In this document: one piece after another, positions 49,282 through 57,727 of the stretch
Layout: every line of letters begins with the position of its first letter
Position numbering within the stretch: the first letter of the stretch is position 1
DNA from: an archaeon
GTDB lineage: Archaea > Nanobdellota > Nanobdellia > Pacearchaeales > GW2011-AR1
DNA length: 64,000 bases
Direction of reading: 5' to 3'
Assembly (NCBI GenBank): GCA_043810775.1
Contig: JBDRNU010000015.1
Span: 32,001 to 96,000, forward strand
The notes under the pieces: model-generated
Database searches by the model: none
What the model was told of the DNA's origin: nothing
What the model saw: only the letters and a program-made list of their open reading frames with translations
Made by a program: the position numbers and the translations under genes

Positions 49282-50379
49282 ATGGCAGAATTTATTAAAA
49301 GAGATGAAGCAGACATCAATCCTGAAGTTCTTGAAATTGACCGTGAATTAGAGGAACTTTTGAAAAAACAGAGCGCTAAAGTTAAAGTAGTAGGGGTAGG
49401 TGGTGGTGGTGGAAATACTTTATCAAGGATGAAAGAAATTGGAATAAAAGGTAGTGAACTTATAGCCATCAATACAGATGCTCAAGATTTATTGTATACT
49501 TCTGCAGATTATAAAATATTAATTGGTCGCGAATTAACAAGAGGGCTTGGAGCAGGATCTAATCCTAAAGTTGGAGAAGAAGCTGCCCGTGAATCTGAGC
49601 ACGAAATCAAGAAAAGAATTTCAGGAGCCGATATGGTATTTATAACGTGTGGGCTTGGAGGGGGAACAGGAACTGGCGCGGCTCCGATAGTTGCTGAAGC
49701 AGCGAAAAAACAAGGAGCTCTTACTATAGGTATAGTAACTCTCCCTTTTACAATTGAAGGAAGGAAAAGAATTGAAAATTCAGTATATGGTTTAGAAAGA
49801 ATGGAGTCTGTTGTTGATACTTTAATAGTAATACCTAATGATAAATTACTTGAACTTGCTCCTGAATTACCCCTCCATACTGCATTCAAAGTTGCAGATG
49901 AAATTTTAACTAATGCAGTAAAAGGAACAACTGAGCTAGTAACAAAAACAGGACTTGTTAATCTGGATTTTGCAGATATAAAATCAGTAATGGTAGATGG
50001 TGGAGTTTCTCTTATTGGTATGGGGGAGGCTGATTCTCAGAATCGTGCAATTGAAGCAGTTGAGAAAGCTTTACAAAATCCTCTGTTGGATGTTGATGTA
50101 AGTAATGCTTCTGGAGCTTTAGTAAATATTATTGGGGGCCCTGATTTAAGCCTAGATGAATCTAAGAGTATAATAGAATTTGTAGGTAATAAATTGGGAG
50201 ATGACGCAAAAATGATCTGGGGTGCACAAATTTCTGAAGATATGGAAAAATCAATAAGAGTAATGTTAATAATAACTGGTGTAAAATCAAGTCAGATTCT
50301 TGGCAAAGGTGAAACTTCAGAAGAAAAGCGGCAAAAAGATATTGAAGAAGAGCTTGGGATTGAATTTTATGAAGAATAG
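49282..50379 (+). CDS. ftsZ: Cell division protein FtsZ (FtsZ1 type)
   Basis: GVGGGGGN, GLGGGTGTG, NLDFAD, C-terminal LGIEF. Confidence 0.98.
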   Translation: MAEFIKRDEADINPEVLEIDRELEELLKKQSAKVKVVGVGGGGGNTLSRMKEIGIKGSELIAINTDAQDLLYTSADYKILIGRELTRGLGAGSNPKVGEEAARESEHEIKKRISGADMVFITCGLGGGTGTGAAPIVAEAAKKQGALTIGIVTLPFTIEGRKRIENSVYGLERMESVVDTLIVIPNDKLLELAPELPLHTAFKVADEILTNAVKGTTELVTKTGLVNLDFADIKSVMVDGGVSLIGMGEADSQNRAIEAVEKALQNPLLDVDVSNASGALVNIIGGPDLSLDESKSIIEFVGNKLGDDAKMIWGAQISEDMEKSIRVMLIITGVKSSQILGKGETSEEKRQKDIEEELGIEFYEE

Positions 50380-50409
50380 ATTTAAAAACCAAATTTCTTT
50401 ATTTAGTTT

Positions 50410-50586
50410 ATGACAATTAAACAAAATTTAACATCATTTCTGGTGAAATGCAAAAGAGTGTGGCATATACTCAAAAAACCAGATAAAAAAGAATTTTCAA
50501 CTATATTAAAAGTTTCAGCAATTGGCATTCTTGCAATTGGAATACTCGGCTTCATAATAGCTATAATCATGAGTATATTTAATTAG
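50410..50586 (+). CDS. secE: Protein translocase subunit SecE / Sec61-gamma (not in ORF track)
   Basis: RVWHILKKPDKKEF then GI..IG.LGFII TM; canonical position after ftsZ. Confidence 0.93.
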   Translation: MTIKQNLTSFLVKCKRVWHILKKPDKKEFSTILKVSAIGILAIGILGFIIAIIMSIFN

Positions 50587-50947
50587 ATTTTTCAGCTTCT
50601 TCAATAGAAATTATATTATCTTCTTTTCCAGGTTGATATTTATCTAGGATTTTAGTTTTAACTTCATTAAATGCTTCTTCAATATCTACATTTAATTGAT
50701 TAGCCAATCTGCATAATCCAAAAAACAAATCTCCAATTCCATCCCGAAATACTTCTTTATTCTCATAAACAATTTTAATCTTTTCTTCTTCTGATTTATA
50801 TCTTAAATACTGACTCATCTCTATTAACTCTTCGTGTAAATGATCAAATTTATCAATATTTGGATTATCTTGCCATCCATTCCTATTAGCAAATGCTTTA
50901 ACAAGCTCTTGTGCCTCTTTTATAGACTTAATATTCTTATTTTCCAT
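50579..50947 (-). CDS. MazG-like nucleotide pyrophosphohydrolase
   Basis: L.EE..E and GIGDL.....LAN.L.VD.E.A motifs. Confidence 0.8.
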   Translation of the reverse strand: MENKNIKSIKEAQELVKAFANRNGWQDNPNIDKFDHLHEELIEMSQYLRYKSEEEKIKIVYENKEVFRDGIGDLFFGLCRLANQLNVDIEEAFNEVKTKILDKYQPGKEDNIISIEEAEKSN

Positions 50948-51017
50948 AAATAAGCATCATTTACATAAATATAAATTTTTTGGAAAAATTTATAAACCCT
51001 CATTTTTTACTATTTAT

Positions 51018-51114
51018 AACTACTTCTAATAATTAGGAGTCAGTTGGGCCAAGCAACTTCACAAGACTAAAATTAAGATAAATGATAAGTGAGGTTGCGA
51101 GTTGAGGATAAAAA
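51018..51114 (+). promoter_or_regulatory. Structured 5' leader of spt5-rpl11
   Basis: TATA at 50989; hairpin 51022-51040; 10-bp stem 51053-51062/51089-51098. Confidence 0.5.
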
Positions 51115-51603
51115 ATGATTTATGTAATAAAAGTCACAACAAATAAAGAAGAAAAAGCAACTGAGATGATTATTGATAAAATCAAGAAAAAACAGTTACC
51201 AGTATATTCAGTTGCTCGCCCACATGGTTTAAGAGGTTATATTTTTTTAGAGGCACCAGAAAGAGACGTTGCTGAAGAAGCTGCTTTTAATCTACCTTAT
51301 GTCAAAGGAATTGTAGGCAAGACAGTTGAATATTCTGAAATTAAGAGTATGATTGAGCCTACAGTTGAACAGATAAATATTGAAAAAAATGATATTGTAG
51401 AAATAATAGGCGAACCTTTTAAAAAAGAAAAAGCAAAAGTTGTCAGAATAGACAAGCAAAAAGAAGAAGCCACAGTCACTTTATTAGGGGCAGCAATCCC
51501 AATTCCAGTTACAGTAAAACTAGATAATATTAAAGTTATAAGAAGAGAAGATAAAGACGATGAAGAAACTGATGAAAGTGAAGATGGGGGGAATCAAAAA
51601 TGA
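51115..51603 (+). CDS. spt5: Transcription elongation factor Spt5 (NusG)
   Basis: LRGYIFLEA NGN domain, KOW motif, PIPVTV. Confidence 0.95.
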   Translation: MIYVIKVTTNKEEKATEMIIDKIKKKQLPVYSVARPHGLRGYIFLEAPERDVAEEAAFNLPYVKGIVGKTVEYSEIKSMIEPTVEQINIEKNDIVEIIGEPFKKEKAKVVRIDKQKEEATVTLLGAAIPIPVTVKLDNIKVIRREDKDDEETDESEDGGNQK

Positions 51604-52271
51604 TTGTAAAATTACTTGTTGATGGTGGAGACATGAAACCTGGCCCAGTAATTGGTCAAAAATTAGGCCCATTAGGAATTAATATTAATCAAGTAATGCA
51701 AAAAGTAAATGAAGCTACTAAGGATTTTAAGGGAATGAAAGTTCCGGTTGATCTAGAAGTTAATCCCTCGAATAAACAGTTTGAAGTAAAAGTATATTCT
51801 CCTCCAGTAGCGGAATTACTAAAAAAAGAGCTTAAACTAGAAAAAGGTTCAGGAGCCAGAAAAAAATTTATTATAGGAAATCTTGCAATTGAGCAAATAG
51901 TTTCTGTTGCCAAAATAAAGTATCCTAACATGATTGTCTCTAGCTTTAAAGCAGCAGTAAAATCAGTGGTTGGAAGCTGCATATCTCTTGGAATACTAAT
52001 TGAAAGTAAAGATCCACTTGAAGTAGAAAAGGAAATTGATCAAGGCATTTATGATAAAGAAATCGACAAACAAGTTATTGAAGTTAGCGAGGAAAAAAAG
52101 AAGCAACTTGAGGACTTTTTTGAAGATATAAAGTCAAAGCAAGATGTAATATTAAAGAAAGAAGCTGAGGAGAAAGCAGTTGAAGAAGACAAAAAAGCTG
52201 AGGCTGCTAAAACAGCTCCTAAACTAGAAGAAAAGAAAATAGAACAGAAAAAGCCAGAAGCTAAGAAGTAA
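51600..52271 (+). CDS. rpl11: 50S ribosomal protein L11 with long charged C-tail
   Basis: GG...PGP.IG..LGPLG, FKGMKVPV, PP.A.L. Confidence 0.96.
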   Translation: MIVKLLVDGGDMKPGPVIGQKLGPLGININQVMQKVNEATKDFKGMKVPVDLEVNPSNKQFEVKVYSPPVAELLKKELKLEKGSGARKKFIIGNLAIEQIVSVAKIKYPNMIVSSFKAAVKSVVGSCISLGILIESKDPLEVEKEIDQGIYDKEIDKQVIEVSEEKKKQLEDFFEDIKSKQDVILKKEAEEKAVEEDKKAEAAKTAPKLEEKKIEQKKPEAKK

Positions 52272-52302
52272 ATTTATAAACTCTCTCAGCACTTTTATTT
52301 AA

Positions 52303-52376
52303 GGGGCTGTGGGGTAGCTTGGTTAGCCTTCGAGCTTTGGGAGCTTGTGACCCCGGTTCAAATCCGGGCAGCCCCA
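52303..52376 (+). tRNA. tRNA-Pro(TGG)
   Basis: GGGGCTG/CAGCCCC acceptor, loop TT-TGG-GA, CCCGG-TTCAAAT-CCGGG. Confidence 0.96.
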
Positions 52377-52419
52377 TTCTTATAAAAGGAAAGTATTGGA
52401 AAAATATAGGTTGTTTAAA

Positions 52420-52644
52420 ATGGCCACTAAAACAAAAAAAATCAAACATGCTGGAAGGTTTGGAGCAGGATATGGTAAGAGGGTAAGAAAGAAATTAATA
52501 GGGGTAGAGTCCAAACAAAGAATAAAACAAACCTGCCCTTTCTGTAGCAGGAAGCCCGCAAAAAGAACTTCAAAAGGAATATGGGAATGTAAAAAATGTG
52601 GAAAGAAATTTGCCCACAACACTTTTCACTTAGGTGACTCTTAA
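52420..52644 (+). CDS. rpl37ae: 50S ribosomal protein L37ae (eL43)
   Basis: AGRFGAGYG, CPFC, GIWECKKCG; ATG at 52420. Confidence 0.95.
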   Translation: MATKTKKIKHAGRFGAGYGKRVRKKLIGVESKQRIKQTCPFCSRKPAKRTSKGIWECKKCGKKFAHNTFHLGDS

Positions 52645-52685
52645 TTTTCAAATAAATTTATAAACACTAAATAATATATCTTAAA

Positions 52686-52823
52686 ATGGCTATATACAAA
52701 TGCTTTCAATGTGGTAAACAAGTTTCACATAAGGTTCTTGAAAAAAGATTTGTTTGTGCTACTTGTGGTGGAAAGATTTTCTATAAACCAAGAAAGAATA
52801 TAACTAAGATTAAAGCTATTTGA
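52686..52823 (+). CDS. rpoP: RNA polymerase subunit P (Rpo12) (not in ORF track)
   Basis: MAIYKCFQCGK...CATCGGKIFYKPR....IKA; canonical position after rpl37ae. Confidence 0.92.
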   Translation: MAIYKCFQCGKQVSHKVLEKRFVCATCGGKIFYKPRKNITKIKAI

Positions 52824-52871
52824 TAAAATATCTTTAATAAGTTTAGCTAATAAATTTTTATTATCAGACAA

Positions 52872-53210
52872 ATGAAACTAGACAAAGAAACATCTGAAAA
52901 TTTGCAAGAATTGCAAGTATTAGAGCAAAATATGCAAGGATTTTTAATGCAAAAGCAGGCTTTTCAAATGGAACTTAATGAAACTGAGGCTGCTTTAGAA
53001 GAATTAAAGAAAGCTAAACCTAATGAGGTATATAGGATTCTTGGTCAAATAATGGTTAAAACTGAGAAAGATAAAGCAGAACAAGAGCTTGAAGACAAGA
53101 AAAACCTCCTTACCTTAAGATTAAAGTCAATAGAAAAGCAGGAAAAGTCAATTAAAGATAGAGTAGATTCTTTAAGAGAAAAAGTTACTAAGAAAATGAG
53201 TTCAAAGTAA
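52872..53210 (+). CDS. pfdB: Prefoldin beta subunit
   Basis: ALEEL, VYRILG.IMVK between coiled coils. Confidence 0.93.
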   Translation: MKLDKETSENLQELQVLEQNMQGFLMQKQAFQMELNETEAALEELKKAKPNEVYRILGQIMVKTEKDKAEQELEDKKNLLTLRLKSIEKQEKSIKDRVDSLREKVTKKMSSK

Positions 53211-53264
53211 TATATTTGTTTCTTCACCAAAATCTTTATATACTCATGCATTGTTGGATTTATT

Positions 53265-53645
53265 ATGGTGATTAAAAGTATAAAAAGTGGTCTTTCTAAT
53301 ATATTTAGTAGAACTGATGATGAGCCAGAATATATTGAGATTGATTTAGGTCAAGAAGCTAAAAAAAATAAAGTAATTGTAAGACCTTTTGTTCTTAAGA
53401 GTTTTGAAGATGTGGGGCATATTCTAGAAGTTCTGCGTGAAGGATATACTATTGCAGTAATTGATATAAAACCACTAAAAACCAAAGATATAATTGAACT
53501 GAAAAGAGCAGTTACAAAAGTAAAGAAAACAGCAGATGCTTTGGAGGGTTCTGTAGCTGGTTTTGGGGAAAATATGCTAATAGTTACCCCTCAATTTGCA
53601 GAAATCTACAAGGGACAGGCTCTTCCTAGAATAGAGAAGATTTAA
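53265..53645 (+). CDS. sepF: Cell division protein SepF
   Basis: EYIEID, LREG..I..IDI, G.VAG.....IVTP. Confidence 0.88.
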   Translation: MVIKSIKSGLSNIFSRTDDEPEYIEIDLGQEAKKNKVIVRPFVLKSFEDVGHILEVLREGYTIAVIDIKPLKTKDIIELKRAVTKVKKTADALEGSVAGFGENMLIVTPQFAEIYKGQALPRIEKI

Positions 53646-53669
53646 TAAGGTATTTTTTTTCTGTCAATT

Positions 53670-54257
53670 ATGAAAGTACTATTTATTGAAGCTAAAAAAA
53701 AGTCTTTAGATGTAGATATAGACCTATCTAATCTACCTGCGAAAGTTCATATAGCTTATTCTATCCAATACAAAGACTTAGCTGAAAAAATCAAAAAAAA
53801 GCTGAAAAGTAGAGTTTCTGGCTTTTCTCAAGCTCTTGGATGCACAAAGCTAAATGCTAAGCACGCTATATTATTAGTTGGAAGTGGCAAGTTCCATGCT
53901 ATACAGCTTGCACTATCAACAAATAAACCAGTCTATATTCTTGAAGGCCCTAAAATAACTAAACTAGATGATTTAGAAGTTGAAAAATTCAAAACCCAAG
54001 TAAAAACCCAAAAACTCAAGTTTTTAAGTGCTAGCCAGGTAGGAATACTAATTTCAACTAAACCAGGTCAGCAAAACTTAAAAAAGGCGCTAAATTTAGC
54101 TAAAAAACTAAAGAAAAAATCCTACTTATTTCTTTTTGATACTCTAAATAAAGCAGATTTAGATAATTTTCCACTATCTTCTTGGATAAATACAGCCTGT
54201 CCTGCTATTATTCTTGATTCTAATAAGATAATCAACGCTGAAGAAATACAAATATAA
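53670..54257 (+). CDS. dph2: Diphthamide synthesis protein Dph2, shortened
   Basis: Q.LGC, GSGKFH, STKPGQ, NTACP. Confidence 0.85.
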   Translation: MKVLFIEAKKKSLDVDIDLSNLPAKVHIAYSIQYKDLAEKIKKKLKSRVSGFSQALGCTKLNAKHAILLVGSGKFHAIQLALSTNKPVYILEGPKITKLDDLEVEKFKTQVKTQKLKFLSASQVGILISTKPGQQNLKKALNLAKKLKKKSYLFLFDTLNKADLDNFPLSSWINTACPAIILDSNKIINAEEIQI

Positions 54258-54322
54258 GTTAAAATCTATGTTCTATAACCGAAATCTTTATAAACCATCG
54301 TAACTCAAAAATCGTAACAAAA

Positions 54323-55951
54323 ATGAACAAAAAATTAAATTTTTTAGTGAGCATTTTAGCAATTGTACTACTAGCGAACTTTGTAACTGCAGCAACTTCT
54401 TTTAGTATTTCACCAACAACTTTGACATTTACCAACTCTAATACACAGACATTTACAATAACTAATACCAATTCTTCAGAATTGTTAAGTGTTATTTTAT
54501 CTCCAAGCCCATTTACAATGACTGTAGATGGTCAGAGTGTAACATTTAGCTTTACAGGAAATTTAACTGACATTAATTCAACAAGTACTATAACTATTGC
54601 TCCAGTCACACCTATAGATTTCTCTAGGTTAGACCTTGGAGACGCTTTTTCAAAGAATTTAGTTATTACTGATTCTAGTAATAGCTCAGAAAGCGTAACA
54701 GTTGCAGTACGAATTGAAGATAGCCAATTCTGCGAGTTCTCAGATAACGGGAACCTAGAAATGCAAATTGATAGCATCAATGCAAAAGGATTTGCTGAAG
54801 AAGATGATGAGTGGTACCCACTTGACGAAATTGAAGTAGATATAGACCTCGATAATAGGGGTAGTGAAGATATCAGAAATATTGAAATTGAATGGGTATT
54901 GCTAACTTCAGATGGTAAAGAAGTTATGGACGGAGACTTAGCTGACTTTAATCTTAAAGATGGAAACGATGATACAAAGACCTTCACCTTTAAAGTTGAC
55001 CCAAATGACTTAGAAGAAGGTGTAGAAGACTATGTATTATATGTCAGGGCTACTGGAGAAGACAAGGAATTTGACAGTAATGAGACTTGTGTAAGTGATT
55101 CACAAGACGTTAAAATTGTCTTAGAAAGTGACTTTGTTGTAATTGATCAAGATAGCCTGGAAATGCCAGAATCTTTATCTTGCGGCGGAAATTTAATAAT
55201 TTCTGCAGATGTCTGGAATATTGGTGAAGATGACCAAGATGAAGTCTCTGTAAGAATTTATAACAGTGAATTGGGAATTGATGAAATAGTTGAAGTAGGA
55301 GACATAGACGCATTTGACAAGGAACCACTTGACATATCAATTAAGTTGCCAGATGACGCAGCTGCAAAATCTTACAACATTAAGTTTGATGTCTTAGACG
55401 AAGACGGCGATGTGTATGAAAATGACAACGATGATAAATCTTCATTTACAGTTTCTCTTACTTTAGGAAACTGTGGTGCAAGTATTGATCAAGGTCAGGG
55501 TGTTTCAATATCTGCAAGTCTTCAATCAGAAGCTAAAGCAGGCGAACAACTAGTAATAAAAGCTACTTTGAGAAACACAGGCGACGAAGATACAACTTAT
55601 ACAGTATTTGTTACAGGCAATGAAGACTGGAGTAATTTAGACAAGATTGAACCACAGACACTTCAAATTAGTTCAGGTGAAAGCGAAACTGTTATGATCT
55701 ACCTTGATGTAGATGATGACGTTACAGGCGAGCAGACATTCAAGTTAAAAGCTGTTTTTGGCTCAGAAACCAAAGAACAGACAGTTTCAGTTAACATTGA
55801 AGGCGCTGGCGCAGGAACAGGTGGAGCTTTGACAGGATTTTCTGTAGCAGACAATATCAGAGAAAACTGGTTTATCTGGACAATTGTACTAGTGAACATA
55901 ATACTGATAATTTTAATTATCGTAGTAGCTACAAGAATTGCTAAAGGCTAA
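54323..55951 (+). CDS. Acidic S-layer-like surface protein with Ig-like repeats and C-terminal TM
   Basis: Signal peptide, strongly acidic beta-rich repeats (N.G..D), Gly linker, LTGF then TM helix. Confidence 0.75.
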   Translation: MNKKLNFLVSILAIVLLANFVTAATSFSISPTTLTFTNSNTQTFTITNTNSSELLSVILSPSPFTMTVDGQSVTFSFTGNLTDINSTSTITIAPVTPIDFSRLDLGDAFSKNLVITDSSNSSESVTVAVRIEDSQFCEFSDNGNLEMQIDSINAKGFAEEDDEWYPLDEIEVDIDLDNRGSEDIRNIEIEWVLLTSDGKEVMDGDLADFNLKDGNDDTKTFTFKVDPNDLEEGVEDYVLYVRATGEDKEFDSNETCVSDSQDVKIVLESDFVVIDQDSLEMPESLSCGGNLIISADVWNIGEDDQDEVSVRIYNSELGIDEIVEVGDIDAFDKEPLDISIKLPDDAAAKSYNIKFDVLDEDGDVYENDNDDKSSFTVSLTLGNCGASIDQGQGVSISASLQSEAKAGEQLVIKATLRNTGDEDTTYTVFVTGNEDWSNLDKIEPQTLQISSGESETVMIYLDVDDDVTGEQTFKLKAVFGSETKEQTVSVNIEGAGAGTGGALTGFSVADNIRENWFIWTIVLVNIILIILIIVVATRIAKG

Positions 55952-56009
55952 AGTTATTTAAACTATCTTTTTCTTATTTTTTTAGTAAGTAAAGCCGTAG
56001 GTATGCAGT

Positions 56010-56579
56010 ATGAAAAAGAGGATATTTAATATATTTTTAAGATATGTTATTCTTGTTTTAGCTGGGTTGTCAAATTTCTACATCTTTTACCTTATTTTTA
56101 CTCCCCTAACTATTTATCCTCTTTATTATCTGTTCAGTATATTCTTTGAAACTGAAATTTTGAAAAATGTTATTCTTGTAGGTAATTATGAAATCAAGAT
56201 GGTAGAAGCTTGTATTGCAGGAGCAGCTTATTATTTACTTTTTGCACTAAATCTCTCAACTCCTATGAATCTTAAAAAAAGAGCTTATGCCTTATTATTC
56301 ACTTTCTTTTCATTTTTTATTATAAATATACTTCGAGTTTTTATACTGACCTCTATTCTTGTAACATATGATAAAGCTATTTTTGACTTTGTCCACCTGT
56401 TTTTTTGGTATGTTTTTAGTACACTAGTAGTTGTTTTCTTATGGATTTTGACAGTAAAAGCTTATGAAATAAAAGCTATTCCAGCTTATACTGATATAAA
56501 GTTTATCTGGGATTTAGGAAAAGAGTCTCGATTAAAAAAGAAACTAAAAAAGAGCAAAAAATCCAAGACTCGCAAGTAA
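56010..56579 (+). CDS. Archaeosortase/exosortase family protein (pacearchaeosortase-like)
   Basis: Multi-TM with triad Cys (EACIAG), Arg (INILR), His (VHLFFW). Confidence 0.8.
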   Translation: MKKRIFNIFLRYVILVLAGLSNFYIFYLIFTPLTIYPLYYLFSIFFETEILKNVILVGNYEIKMVEACIAGAAYYLLFALNLSTPMNLKKRAYALLFTFFSFFIINILRVFILTSILVTYDKAIFDFVHLFFWYVFSTLVVVFLWILTVKAYEIKAIPAYTDIKFIWDLGKESRLKKKLKKSKKSKTRK

Positions 56580-57029
56580 TATAATTAATCCGGCAATTAT
56601 TACTCCAATTGAAATTGAAATTATACTCCTTTTTCTTTCCAAATCTAATAACCAAGCTATTAAGCATCCAGTCCAAGCCCCAGTCCCAGGCAATGGCACA
56701 GCTACAAATAAAGCTAAAACTATAAATTTCTGATAATAAACCTTATTATTTTCAATTTTATCTGCTTTTTTCCTTATTCTTAAAAGAAAATAGTTAAAGC
56801 CTTTTTTATAAAATTTTATTTTTAAGAAACTTTCATGCAAAAAATCCAAAAACAAGAAAATTAAAACTATTAATAAAATATTTATTAAAACTATTAATAA
56901 AAATATAGGGATTATCGGAAGATTATTAGTTTGCGCAAAATCAACAGCAAGAGGAAGGCCAACTCTTAGCTCTGTAACTGGCATTAGTGTAAAAATTATT
57001 GCTAAAATTAATTCACTTATATTTTGCAT
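56544..57029 (-). CDS. Small multidrug export-like membrane protein
   Basis: P..ELR.G.P and FVAVPLPGTGAWTG. Confidence 0.88.
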   Translation of the reverse strand: MQNISELILAIIFTLMPVTELRVGLPLAVDFAQTNNLPIIPIFLLIVLINILLIVLIFLFLDFLHESFLKIKFYKKGFNYFLLRIRKKADKIENNKVYYQKFIVLALFVAVPLPGTGAWTGCLIAWLLDLERKRSIISISIGVIIAGLIILLASLGFFALF

Positions 57030-57030
57030 T

Positions 57031-57726
57031 TTAAACTTCCAGCCCTTTTGAATGAGCTGCTGAAGCTATTATAAATCTTTCTATGATTTGAGTATTCTCA
57101 CAATTAGATATACTTAGTTCATAGCAGTCTTCACTCACTCTCTTAATATTGCTGGTTTCTCCACTAGTTAAAATAATTACAGTGCTTCCTTTACTAAGCT
57201 TAACTCCTTTTTCATCAACTTCAAAAACCACACTTTTTCCCTCACAAGTAGCATAATTTAATTCCTTTTCTTCTGCAAGAGTTTTATTAGTAACAGCAAA
57301 CTCTGGCTCTATACCTGCTGCTCCTAAAAATTCAGAGAGCTGTGCAATTAATCTGAAGTTATCCCTGCACTCTTCAATACTTTGGTCAACTGAAATTAGG
57401 ACAGTATGCTGGAATATTATTTCACCATCTACAGGTATATATTCTAAATCTCTTGGGTCATTTCTTAAATAAATATTATAATTAGCTATAACATTTCCAG
57501 TTAAATCTGACATTGGAGTTCTAGCGTGATAAAGTGGAAGATTATCAAACATTATTTTTTCAAATTCCAAGCCTCCATAACTAAACTTTCTTGATTCTTT
57601 TACTATCAAAGCAGCCGAGAATATCCCTAAAATCATTACAGCCATGAAAATTCCTATAATTTTAATTTGCCTAGCTTGTTTTTCATTTGTTTTTTTATCA
57701 ACTTTTGCTTCTTCTGTATTATTCAT
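57031..57726 (-). CDS. Hypothetical membrane-anchored protein (paralog of 57728-58300)
   Basis: N-terminal TM, Y.G.EF, RNDP, several Cys. Confidence 0.75.
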   Translation of the reverse strand: MNNTEEAKVDKKTNEKQARQIKIIGIFMAVMILGIFSAALIVKESRKFSYGGLEFEKIMFDNLPLYHARTPMSDLTGNVIANYNIYLRNDPRDLEYIPVDGEIIFQHTVLISVDQSIEECRDNFRLIAQLSEFLGAAGIEPEFAVTNKTLAEEKELNYATCEGKSVVFEVDEKGVKLSKGSTVIILTSGETSNIKRVSEDCYELSISNCENTQIIERFIIASAAHSKGLEV

Positions 57727-57727
57727 T

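Noticed and set aside
52261-52449. 62-aa minus-strand ORF containing MGLPGFEPGSQAPKA
   Set aside because: Antisense translation of tRNA-Pro
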